Assembly (NCBI GenBank): GCA_030765535.1
Contig: JAVCCH010000130.1
Coordinates: forward strand, 12,391-76,390
Direction: 5' to 3'
Source of the DNA: Candidatus Tenebribacter davisii
GTDB taxonomy: Bacteria; Cloacimonadota; Cloacimonadia; Cloacimonadales; TCS61
Length of the DNA: 64,000 bases
Shown: positions 9,027 to 17,499 of the stretch, piece after piece
How the letters are laid out: each line of letters starts with the position of its first letter
Numbering within the stretch: the first letter of the stretch is position 1
Made by a program: the position numbers and the translations under genes
The notes under the pieces: model-generated
The model's database searches: none
What the model was told of the DNA's origin: nothing
The model's input: the letters and a program-made list of their open reading frames with translations, nothing else

Positions 9027-11006
9027 TTGGTTTTGAAAAAATATATTTTAATCGTTATATCACTTATTTTTTCGCTGCTTAACGCAGTGGATTACCATTC
9101 AGCAACTGGTATGAGCGTTAAGCGATCGGTACGGGACACACTCTTTTATTATCATACCAATAATGATGATCAACACTGGTTTGGAAGTAATAGCTGGGCA
9201 GTGAAGTTTGAATTCAATGAATATTATTCTGAAATTGATACGCTTTTCTTTGAAGCAGAAGGTGCAAATATATACATACCTGGCGAATCTGGTTCGGATC
9301 CGTTAACTATAAAACTTTGTGAAGATAGATATAATCAGCCTTTATTACATCCAGACAGTTTATTATTTTCACAAACGTTATTGGCTTCACAAATTCAATA
9401 TCAAGCTTGGAATTACATTCCCTTTTCTAGTACGATAACAGATTCTACTTTATGGTTGGTAGTAGATTATCCAACCAATTCAAATGAACAGTTTATTTCA
9501 GCTTCAGCAGTAAACGGTTTACAGAGTTATTTCTTGTATGATGGCTATTATCATAGCATGTATGGAAATAGTTATGATTCAGAATTTCTCTTTAACCTTC
9601 AGGGAAATTTCTTATCTACTGGAACAGATTTGGATCTGGTTTCTATAGAATGGGTAGGTGATTTTATCATTGGGGGGACAATATCACCAAAATTTACCAT
9701 AAAGAACAATTCTGATCTCATTGTATCAGGCAGCAGTATAATCCCAATATTAGAATCTCCATACGAAGAAATTGGACTTGTTTATGTTGCAGATAGTTCA
9801 CATTGTAACCAGGTATATTTACCACCATTAACAGCAAATGAAACAAGTATAATAGATCTTAGTGACAGCTTGATGTATAGAATGCCTTATAACCCCTCGC
9901 AATATCAATTCAGTTCTAATCTTTTGTGTGTTTCCGATAGCATGCTGCAGAATAATTCAATTGGAGATGAATTTGAGATATTCATTCAACAAACTGATAA
10001 TATCATGATCGAAAATGCAGTACAATTAAATAGTGATAATTCGAACTATATATGGTCAGCACAAGGAGCTGTTCTGGATACTCTGAATTGCGTATCAGTA
10101 AATTATTTTGCAGATTTCAATGATGAACCCTTCTTTAATTTTGATTCAAATATTAGGTATAATTATTATAATTTAATGGGATATCCTGCCACAATTGTGG
10201 GAGGAACTGAAAAATTATTAGGATATTATTCAGGATATTCCAGTCAGCTTACAGAACTGTATAATGCTGCATTGGCGAAGAATACATTTATCAATCATGG
10301 TACAATTCAGGCTTCATGTAATGAGCAAGGTAATGTCGCTATCTCATATCAACTGCGTTATTCAGAGATATATCTTTTTGATGATTTCATAAATGATCTT
10401 ACAATAAGGACCGGAGTAGTAGAAAATGTAGAAAATGAAGTTGGTATACCAAGTGATACGATTATCCCTGTTTTTACATATATAGTTGCAGAAGAGAGTG
10501 CAGAGCAGTTTTTAGTAAGTTCTACATTAACTGATACAGTCTATTTCAATATGAATGAAGATTATACAACAATAACAGATAATTCCGATAACTGTGATGT
10601 TGTTTTATGGCTTCAGAATGATGAAACAAAAGATATCTATTATGTTAATAAGTTACCATTTACAGAATTCCAGCCAGGGCTGGTTAATGTAGATGAAGAT
10701 GAAATTCCCTCTACTGGTCACAGTTTACTTATTTACCCTAATCCAAGTAAAATTACAGAATCAATAAATATTGCATTCTCCCTTCCCAATACTATCCATT
10801 CTGCCCAACTTAAAATATATAATATTAAAGGACAATTAGTAAAAACAATGGTTCAGGAGCCAGCTTCAAAACAAACCACATTTATCTGGGATAGAAAAAA
10901 TAATGTAAATAAGACTGTCTCCAGTGGTATCTATCTAATGCAGATAAAAGCAGATGTAAATGGTAAGAAGTACAAATTTAACAAAAAGTGTTTGCTGATA
11001 AATTAG
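9027..11006 (+). CDS. Large secreted protein of unknown function with Por/T9SS-type C-terminal sorting domain
   Basis: Signal peptide plus a C-terminal block (LLIYPNPSK...LKIYNIKGQLVKTM...SGIYLMQIKA...KKCLLIN). The real start may be the TTG at 9033, 6 nt after AGGGAG. Confidence 0.6.
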   Translation: MVLKKYILIVISLIFSLLNAVDYHSATGMSVKRSVRDTLFYYHTNNDDQHWFGSNSWAVKFEFNEYYSEIDTLFFEAEGANIYIPGESGSDPLTIKLCEDRYNQPLLHPDSLLFSQTLLASQIQYQAWNYIPFSSTITDSTLWLVVDYPTNSNEQFISASAVNGLQSYFLYDGYYHSMYGNSYDSEFLFNLQGNFLSTGTDLDLVSIEWVGDFIIGGTISPKFTIKNNSDLIVSGSSIIPILESPYEEIGLVYVADSSHCNQVYLPPLTANETSIIDLSDSLMYRMPYNPSQYQFSSNLLCVSDSMLQNNSIGDEFEIFIQQTDNIMIENAVQLNSDNSNYIWSAQGAVLDTLNCVSVNYFADFNDEPFFNFDSNIRYNYYNLMGYPATIVGGTEKLLGYYSGYSSQLTELYNAALAKNTFINHGTIQASCNEQGNVAISYQLRYSEIYLFDDFINDLTIRTGVVENVENEVGIPSDTIIPVFTYIVAEESAEQFLVSSTLTDTVYFNMNEDYTTITDNSDNCDVVLWLQNDETKDIYYVNKLPFTEFQPGLVNVDEDEIPSTGHSLLIYPNPSKITESINIAFSLPNTIHSAQLKIYNIKGQLVKTMVQEPASKQTTFIWDRKNNVNKTVSSGIYLMQIKADVNGKKYKFNKKCLLIN

Positions 11007-11008
11007 TA

Positions 11009-12058
11009 ATGAAAAATAAAAATATTTTTAATACTAGATATTTCGAACTGACTGGATGTATTCATAATCATTCTGAACATTCTTTTGATTCTCATGTGAA
11101 ATTAAGTAAAATTATTAGATCGGCAAAAAAGTGTGAATTAGATTATATTACGATAAATGATCATAAAACCTTTGAAGCAAAAAATGATGAAGCTGTTAAA
11201 AATGAAAAAGATCTTATCGTCATAGTTGGAGCTGAGATTAATGATCCTGAAAAAAATAATCATCTACTGGTTTTTAATACAGATAAAATATTAATTGGTA
11301 AGGAAGTAGAAGAATATACAAAGTTTTATTCTGAAACAAAGGCAATTAGTTTTGTCGCACACCCATTTGAGAAAAGATCTTCTAAGTTATTTAGAAAATA
11401 TATTTGGACAGATAAAGAGAATGATAGTTTTGATGGAATTGAGATCTGGAATTACTTATCTGAATGGATCGGGAAACTTAATCCTAAACTAAATGGATTA
11501 TTCTTAGTTCTGTTCCCTTCGCTGTTTATCAGGAAACCACATCGGGAAGCACTTGATTACTGGGATGAACTAAATAAAGCTGGCCGGCGAAAGTCTGCAA
11601 TAGGCAGTGTGGATGCACATTCTCAGAGAATAAAAAAATTCAAGCTGAAATTAGAATTTCTCACACATAAAACAATGTTCAAAGTGATCCATACAAATGT
11701 CCTTATCCCGGAAAAAGATCATCTAGATGATAAGAATATTTTAAAAGCTTTAAAAAATGGTAATAGCTATATTGTTAATTATAAAGTTGGGAATCCTTAT
11801 GATTTTTATGCTGGTATTGCTGCCTCAAAAGATAAAAGTGCTATATTTGGTCAGGAAATAAAATTAACAGAAAATATGAATTTTTATTTTAGACTTCCAA
11901 AAATTGCACGTGTAAAACTCTATAGGAATGGAAAGAAGTTAGCATCTAAACTTGATGAAAAGGGAAGTTTTGAAATCAAACAAAAAGGCAACTACAGATT
12001 AGAAATTTACAGGCTCGGGTATGGCTGGATCTTTACAAATAATATTTATGTAGTATAG
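11009..12058 (+). CDS. PHP-domain metal-dependent phosphoesterase
   Basis: The N-terminal CIHNHSEHSFDS (HxH) motif, later ITINDH and VAHP, and GSVDAHS fit PHP. I prefer ATG 11009 to the overlapping GTG at 10988. Confidence 0.55.
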   Translation: MKNKNIFNTRYFELTGCIHNHSEHSFDSHVKLSKIIRSAKKCELDYITINDHKTFEAKNDEAVKNEKDLIVIVGAEINDPEKNNHLLVFNTDKILIGKEVEEYTKFYSETKAISFVAHPFEKRSSKLFRKYIWTDKENDSFDGIEIWNYLSEWIGKLNPKLNGLFLVLFPSLFIRKPHREALDYWDELNKAGRRKSAIGSVDAHSQRIKKFKLKLEFLTHKTMFKVIHTNVLIPEKDHLDDKNILKALKNGNSYIVNYKVGNPYDFYAGIAASKDKSAIFGQEIKLTENMNFYFRLPKIARVKLYRNGKKLASKLDEKGSFEIKQKGNYRLEIYRLGYGWIFTNNIYVV

Positions 12059-12059
12059 G

Positions 12060-13013
12060 ATGGAGTGTATGGATAAAATTTTTATTAATGATTTAAAAGA
12101 TCATCTTAATAAAGAGATCATCAGTAACTTCCTGGTTACTGAAAAAGTATTGCGGGAAGGGGCAAAAGATTTTTACATAAGGCTAAAAATGGCAGATAAT
12201 ACCGGTTCAATTCCCGGCAATGTATGGAATAATGCAAAAGATATTTCAGAGAAATTTGAAGAGGGTGATGTTGTTCAAGTTAAAGGATTTATAATAACCT
12301 ATAAAGCGCAACTTCAAATTACAGTAAATAAAATAAAAAAAATATCTCAAGAGGAGTATGATCTAAATGATTTCTTGGAAACTACATCAAAAGATATTAA
12401 TAAACTTGCAGATAAATTATTTAGTTACATCGATAGTATAAATAACCAATATCTTAAAGAATTATTATTGAATATATTCAATGATAAGGAGTTCTTTACG
12501 AAATTCTGTCAGGCTCCTGCAGCTAAAAGCTGGCATCATAATTACATTGGCGGGCTTATTGAACATACGATCTCTGTAGCTGGACTTTGTGATTATGCAT
12601 CTCACAATTATACCATTGATAGAGATTTATTAGTAACAGGAGCAATTCTGCACGATATAGGCAAGGTCTTTGAATATCAGGTTATTCCAAATATTGACTT
12701 TACTCCAGTGGGAAGATTAGTCGGGCATATACCACTTGGTGATAATTATGTAACTGATAAAACAAAAGCTATAAATAATTTTCCGGAAGTTCTTCTCATG
12801 AAACTGCGTCATCTAATTTTATCACATCATGGAGAATATGAAATGGCATCAGCCAGGCTTCCACAAACTCTGGAAGCTACTATCCTTCATCAAGCTGATA
12901 ATTTTGATGCGCAAACAATAGGCGTACAACAACTCAGAGAAGCTGTTACAGACGATAATGCTGTTTGGACTGAATTTGATAGATTGAACAGCAGATATTA
13001 TTACATAAAATAG
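12060..13013 (+). CDS. OB-fold + HD-domain 3'-5' exoribonuclease (YhaM-like)
   Basis: An N-terminal OB-like region is followed by HD-domain motifs HHNYIGGLIEHT, LHDIGK and LSHHGEYE. Confidence 0.7.
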   Translation: MECMDKIFINDLKDHLNKEIISNFLVTEKVLREGAKDFYIRLKMADNTGSIPGNVWNNAKDISEKFEEGDVVQVKGFIITYKAQLQITVNKIKKISQEEYDLNDFLETTSKDINKLADKLFSYIDSINNQYLKELLLNIFNDKEFFTKFCQAPAAKSWHHNYIGGLIEHTISVAGLCDYASHNYTIDRDLLVTGAILHDIGKVFEYQVIPNIDFTPVGRLVGHIPLGDNYVTDKTKAINNFPEVLLMKLRHLILSHHGEYEMASARLPQTLEATILHQADNFDAQTIGVQQLREAVTDDNAVWTEFDRLNSRYYYIK

Positions 13014-13017
13014 AATT

Positions 13018-13803
13018 ATGTTCCAGGCTTCAGTATTAGCGAGTGGCAGCAAAGGGAATTCTATTCTAATAAGAACTGAATCTACAAAGATTCTTATGGA
13101 TGCCGGGCTTAGCGGTAGGAAAACAATAGATTTCATTAGAAGTATCAAATTAGATGAGAATAAATTGGATGCTGTTGTAATAAGTCATGAGCATAGCGAT
13201 CACATCAGAGGTGCTGGTATTATCTGCCGCAAATTTAAGATCCCGCTTTATATTTCAAAACCAACTTATGAAGTTTGTAAAGAACGTCTGTGTACAATAC
13301 CAGCCGGGGAAAAATATTTTAGTGATAGATCTACTTTTACAATTGGAAATATAGAAATTAAAGCCTTTCAGTCTTCACATGATGTTGTTGACGGGAATAA
13401 TTTTACTTTAAAAAAAATTGGAGATGACACAAGAAAATTATCCATTGCCACAGATCTTGGATTCAGCTCTAAATTAATGATCATGCAATTGAAAAAATCA
13501 ACCTCGATTATTCTGGAAAGTAATCATGATATAAAAATGTTGTTGGAAGGATCCTATCCACCACATTTGAAGCAGCGTATTAAAAGTAAACAAGGTCATC
13601 TTTCAAATGAGCAGGCGGTTGGAGTGATTTCTCAGGTTGTACATCCAGGATTAAAAAATATAATTCTTGCGCATCTGAGTGAGGAAAATAATTTACCAAA
13701 AATAGCAGAAAAGTTGATGAGAGATTATTTAAAAAGTATAAATCATGATCTTCAACTTATAGTTGCTTCGCAGTATAGATCAACAAAACTGATCGATGTA
13801 TAA
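13018..13803 (+). CDS. MBL-fold metallo-hydrolase (YycJ/WalJ-like)
   Basis: Contains the HEHSDHIRG (HxHxDH) motif and, late in the protein, HLSNEQA and AHLS. Confidence 0.75.
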   Translation: MFQASVLASGSKGNSILIRTESTKILMDAGLSGRKTIDFIRSIKLDENKLDAVVISHEHSDHIRGAGIICRKFKIPLYISKPTYEVCKERLCTIPAGEKYFSDRSTFTIGNIEIKAFQSSHDVVDGNNFTLKKIGDDTRKLSIATDLGFSSKLMIMQLKKSTSIILESNHDIKMLLEGSYPPHLKQRIKSKQGHLSNEQAVGVISQVVHPGLKNIILAHLSEENNLPKIAEKLMRDYLKSINHDLQLIVASQYRSTKLIDV

Positions 13804-13824
13804 TATAAAAATAAAAGGGAAAAA

Positions 13825-14760
13825 ATGTTAATTTCAATATTATTTTTGTTAGTTGGATTTGTAATCCTAATTAAAGGTGCAGATTTTTTAATTGATGGTG
13901 CATCTTCTTTTGCCAAAAAAATGTCTATTTCAGAAATAGCTATTGGTCTTACCATAGTTGCTTTTGGAACGTCAGCTCCTGAGCTTATAGTAAACGTATT
14001 TGCAAGTATTGGTGGTCATCATGAGATCACATTTGGTAATATTCTTGGTAGTAATATTTTCAATATTCTTATGGTGCTGGGTATTTCAGGCATAATTTCA
14101 ACAATAATGGTTCAAAGAAATACCATATTAAAGGAAATTCCATTTTTACTTGCTGCAACATTATTGGTTTTTGGACTCTCATTATGGAATTCTGACCTCT
14201 CATTTGTTGATGGTATAATACTGATCCTATTCCTGATTATTTTCTTTGTATATGTAATAGTCTTTTTAAAAGCAAAACCTTTATTGGGTTCTGATATTAA
14301 AGAAAGAACATATTTCATGATCATTGTCATGATAACAGCCGGGGTTACGGGTTTGTTCTTTGGTGGTAAATTCGTTGTTGATAATGCCGTTATTATGGCC
14401 CGGCATTTTAATGTAAGTGAAAAGTTCATTGGACTTACAATAGTTGCTTTAGGAACATCGTTGCCTGAATTGGTAACATCAGTAATGGCCATTTCAAAGG
14501 GCAGAAATGATCTGGCAATTGGGAATGTAATTGGTTCCAATTTATTTAATATCCTCTTGGTACTGGGTGTAAGTTCACTTATCTCTCCAGTACATTATGA
14601 TGTAACACTGAATATCGATTTTATTTTTCTTTGCTTAATAACCTTAATGTTATTTTTAAGTATGTTCATTGGTAAAAAACATAGACTTACAAAAGGTGAA
14701 GCGATAACTTTTGTATTTCTATATTGCGCCTATTTGGTATTCCTGTTTATTCGTAAATAA
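13825..14760 (+). CDS. Ca2+/Na+ antiporter, CaCA family (YrbG-like)
   Basis: Two alpha-repeat motifs (GTSAPEL and GTSLPEL) in a polytopic membrane protein of about 311 aa. Confidence 0.85.
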   Translation: MLISILFLLVGFVILIKGADFLIDGASSFAKKMSISEIAIGLTIVAFGTSAPELIVNVFASIGGHHEITFGNILGSNIFNILMVLGISGIISTIMVQRNTILKEIPFLLAATLLVFGLSLWNSDLSFVDGIILILFLIIFFVYVIVFLKAKPLLGSDIKERTYFMIIVMITAGVTGLFFGGKFVVDNAVIMARHFNVSEKFIGLTIVALGTSLPELVTSVMAISKGRNDLAIGNVIGSNLFNILLVLGVSSLISPVHYDVTLNIDFIFLCLITLMLFLSMFIGKKHRLTKGEAITFVFLYCAYLVFLFIRK

Positions 14761-14761
14761 A

Positions 14762-15448
14762 ATGGATGCTGTTGAGCCGAAAATATTTTTTCTAAATTGC
14801 ACATTAGCAGAAAAAGGTATAGATAGATTAAATAAATTATTTACATCTATCCTGACAGAATTAGATATAGATTTTGAAAATCATCATTTAACCGAAAATA
14901 TTACTTTTCTAGATAAATTTTCTCATCTTATCATCAGCGGATCTGCTCTTCTTGTTTCAAATGAAAATGGTAATGATAACAAATTGAACGAAATAATTCA
15001 GCAATTTATTAATAAGAGAATTCTGGGAATATGCTATGGACACCAAATCCTGGCTAAAGTTTTGATGAAGAGAGATATTTGCCGTAAAAGTAAAATTCCT
15101 GAACTAGGCTGGAGAAATGTATCTTTAGTAAAGAATCCTTTGTTTAAGGGCATTCTCGATCCTGTGTTTTATGAATCTCATCTAGAAGAAATTATTGAAC
15201 TAGATGATAATTTTACAATTATTGCCTCAAATACAAACTGTGATATTCAAAGTTACCAATTTGATAACAAACCAATCTGGGGTGTACAATTTCATCCGGA
15301 AGTTACTCATAGTTATGGTAAAATATCTATAAAAAATAAACTTGCAAATAACGAAGAATTAAAAAAATATTACTATAATGAATTAGTAGATCCGGATCAA
15401 TTAAAACAGAATCATAAGATATTCAAAAATTTTATTGATTCATATTAG
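14762..15448 (+). CDS. Class I glutamine amidotransferase-like protein
   Basis: Nucleophile elbow ILGICYGHQ and VQFHPE. I prefer ATG 14762 to the upstream start, which overlaps the antiporter by 50 nt. Confidence 0.7.
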   Translation: MDAVEPKIFFLNCTLAEKGIDRLNKLFTSILTELDIDFENHHLTENITFLDKFSHLIISGSALLVSNENGNDNKLNEIIQQFINKRILGICYGHQILAKVLMKRDICRKSKIPELGWRNVSLVKNPLFKGILDPVFYESHLEEIIELDDNFTIIASNTNCDIQSYQFDNKPIWGVQFHPEVTHSYGKISIKNKLANNEELKKYYYNELVDPDQLKQNHKIFKNFIDSY

Positions 15449-15466
15449 AATAGAAGGAGATGATTT

Positions 15467-16588
15467 ATGAAAATACGTTATATAATATTACTATTTGTAA
15501 TTACGATGATTATTGGCGGTTGTGATATATTCAATACAAAGTTTGATGATACTGAAGAGGCAAGGATGTATGAAGCAAAAAGCTTTATACCTGCTCCTGA
15601 TGATCCGCCTTCATTGAAGATTATGACCTGGAATATCAAGTTTGGTGGTGCACGCATAGATTTTTTCTTCGATGGTTGGGGAGATGAAGTTTTAATGGAT
15701 GAATCCGTTGTTATTGAAAACACCCAAAATATTGCTGATTATATAAATGAAGTAGAACCTGATATCATATTACTCCAGGAACTTGATATTGACAGTAAAC
15801 GCAGTGCCTATGTGGATCAATTGCAGTATCTGCTGGATGTAACTGATCTTAATTATGGAGCGTATGCTTCACAGTGGAAAGCTGATTTTGTGCCAAGTGA
15901 TGGACTGGGCAGAATGAATTCAGGTAATGCCATCATGAGTAAATGGGAGATCACAGATGCTGTGAGGATCGCACTTCCTCTCATTGATCAAGATGGATTA
16001 ACTCAATATTTCTATCTTCGCAGGAATATCCTGAAAACAAAAATACAGATTGGAACTTCCGAAATCCAAGTTCTAAATATTCATGCCGCTGCATATTCCA
16101 AAGACGGAACAAAAAAAGAGCAGATAGATATTTACAAAAGTGAATTGGATGAGTTGGATTCAGAAGGTTTGATTTTTGTGGCGGGAGGTGATTTTAATGC
16201 CATTCCACCCAATGCTGTTAATATAGTGGGAGATGAATTTCCTGATAGACCTGAAGGGCTGAGCGATGATTTTGAAGTTGAAGATTATGAACTAACCGAT
16301 ATGATTGATCTATATGCTGATTATCATCCTGATCTTTCGCCAGTTGATTATATTCAATATGAAGAAACAGATGATTATTTCAGTCCGTATTATACGCACT
16401 CTATTTATATCAATCTTCCATATGAGGATGATTATGATCCCGAAATTGCTGATATTGACTGGAACCGTAAATTAGATTACTTGTTCACTAATGACCCTGC
16501 AGGCTGGATTACCGGCTCAAATGAAACTCACCAGGATACAAGACAACTATCTGATCACTGCCCTGTAACAGTAGAACTGGAGTGGTAA
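15467..16588 (+). CDS. Endonuclease/exonuclease/phosphatase (EEP) family lipoprotein
   Basis: Lipobox IIGGC, MTWNIKFGG near the N-terminus and the C-terminal LSDHCPV motif. AAGGAG ribosome-binding site. Confidence 0.75.
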   Translation: MKIRYIILLFVITMIIGGCDIFNTKFDDTEEARMYEAKSFIPAPDDPPSLKIMTWNIKFGGARIDFFFDGWGDEVLMDESVVIENTQNIADYINEVEPDIILLQELDIDSKRSAYVDQLQYLLDVTDLNYGAYASQWKADFVPSDGLGRMNSGNAIMSKWEITDAVRIALPLIDQDGLTQYFYLRRNILKTKIQIGTSEIQVLNIHAAAYSKDGTKKEQIDIYKSELDELDSEGLIFVAGGDFNAIPPNAVNIVGDEFPDRPEGLSDDFEVEDYELTDMIDLYADYHPDLSPVDYIQYEETDDYFSPYYTHSIYINLPYEDDYDPEIADIDWNRKLDYLFTNDPAGWITGSNETHQDTRQLSDHCPVTVELEW

Positions 16589-16589
16589 A

Positions 16590-17357
16590 ATGAAGAAAAT
16601 TATATTGCTTGTAATAGTTAGTTTTGTATTTGTATCACTATCTGCAGAAACTGCAATATGGTCCAAAGGGACAACAGACGTATTACCACAAGGCAGATGG
16701 GAAGTCGGGATCTTTCAACCGTTAAGTTATGGATTAAATGAATCTACAGAACTATCTACATTCGCCTTATCTGATCTCGTGATGCCAAATATAACAATAA
16801 AGAAATTTTGGAAGAACATGGAAGGCTGGAAATTTACCTCCAAACACAGTTTGATCTATCCCTCTCTTTTCTTGAATATAATTGCGAAAGAGGGTGCTTT
16901 CGGTATCTTACCTGATAATTCAGTTATTCCACAAATATTGGTTTCTAATAACCAGTTTATGCTTTCATATAAATATAATGATTATCTTAATATTATTCCA
17001 AAAATTGGATTTTCTGCAGCCTTAGTTAGTGGAGATAGTGATTTCCCAACGATTGATATGCTGATTGTTTATAATAGAACATCAATCTATCATGAAAATG
17101 TGATGTTCAATATTGGATTGGATGTAAGGGGAAATATCACACCTGCAATTTCTTATCTTGTTGATCTTGATAAGTTCATTATGGATAAAGAATATTGCGA
17201 ATTTTCATATGAACATAAAATGTTGCTAATTTGGAAGATAAACCGTAAATTTGCACTTTCAGGTGGCTATAAAATTTGCTATTCAGATTATCCATCAAAA
17301 TACCAGAGAAGCACAGACATTATCCCATTGCTAGATTTTCAGGTAGGGTTCAAGTAG
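16590..17357 (+). CDS. Secreted hypothetical protein, possibly an outer-membrane beta-barrel
   Basis: Signal peptide and alternating hydrophobic pattern. Lies 1 nt after the EEP gene. No family recognised. Confidence 0.35.
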   Translation: MKKIILLVIVSFVFVSLSAETAIWSKGTTDVLPQGRWEVGIFQPLSYGLNESTELSTFALSDLVMPNITIKKFWKNMEGWKFTSKHSLIYPSLFLNIIAKEGAFGILPDNSVIPQILVSNNQFMLSYKYNDYLNIIPKIGFSAALVSGDSDFPTIDMLIVYNRTSIYHENVMFNIGLDVRGNITPAISYLVDLDKFIMDKEYCEFSYEHKMLLIWKINRKFALSGGYKICYSDYPSKYQRSTDIIPLLDFQVGFK

Positions 17358-17364
17358 TAAACAT

Positions 17365-17378
17365 ATTCTCTAGAGAAT
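17365..17378. promoter_or_regulatory. Perfect 14-bp palindrome ATTCTCTAGAGAAT
   Basis: Read directly from the sequence. Shares ATTCT/AGAAT arms with the palindrome at 17416. Confidence 0.3.
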
Positions 17379-17415
17379 TATAAACGTGCAATAATTAACA
17401 TTTTGGATAGCGGAT

Positions 17416-17431
17416 ATTCTTAATTAAGAAT
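17416..17431. promoter_or_regulatory. Perfect 16-bp palindrome ATTCTTAATTAAGAAT
   Basis: Read directly from the sequence, about 70 bp upstream of the C25 protease start. Confidence 0.3.
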
Positions 17432-17499
17432 TAATAAATTATTGATTATATGGTTCAAAATTTGCATTATATTAATTAAAAATGATTAAGGATTAAAAA

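Noticed and set aside
14112-14540. A 142-aa ORF antisense to the CaCA antiporter gene. The same applies to 109..393, 1408..1710, 2699..2911, 3214..3405, 8371..8556 and 15478..15723.
   Set aside because: These are shadow ORFs fully nested in well-supported genes on the other strand. None has a ribosome-binding site or a recognisable motif.
17451-17466. Sigma-54-like match TGGTTC-AAAAT-TTGCA (GG-N10-GC) 34 bp upstream of the C25 protease start.
   Set aside because: The -24 half is weak (TGGTTC against TGGCAC). A TGG-N9-TTGC pattern is expected a few times per window by chance in this composition. A TTGATT box at exactly the recurrent 58-bp distance offers a simpler promoter explanation.
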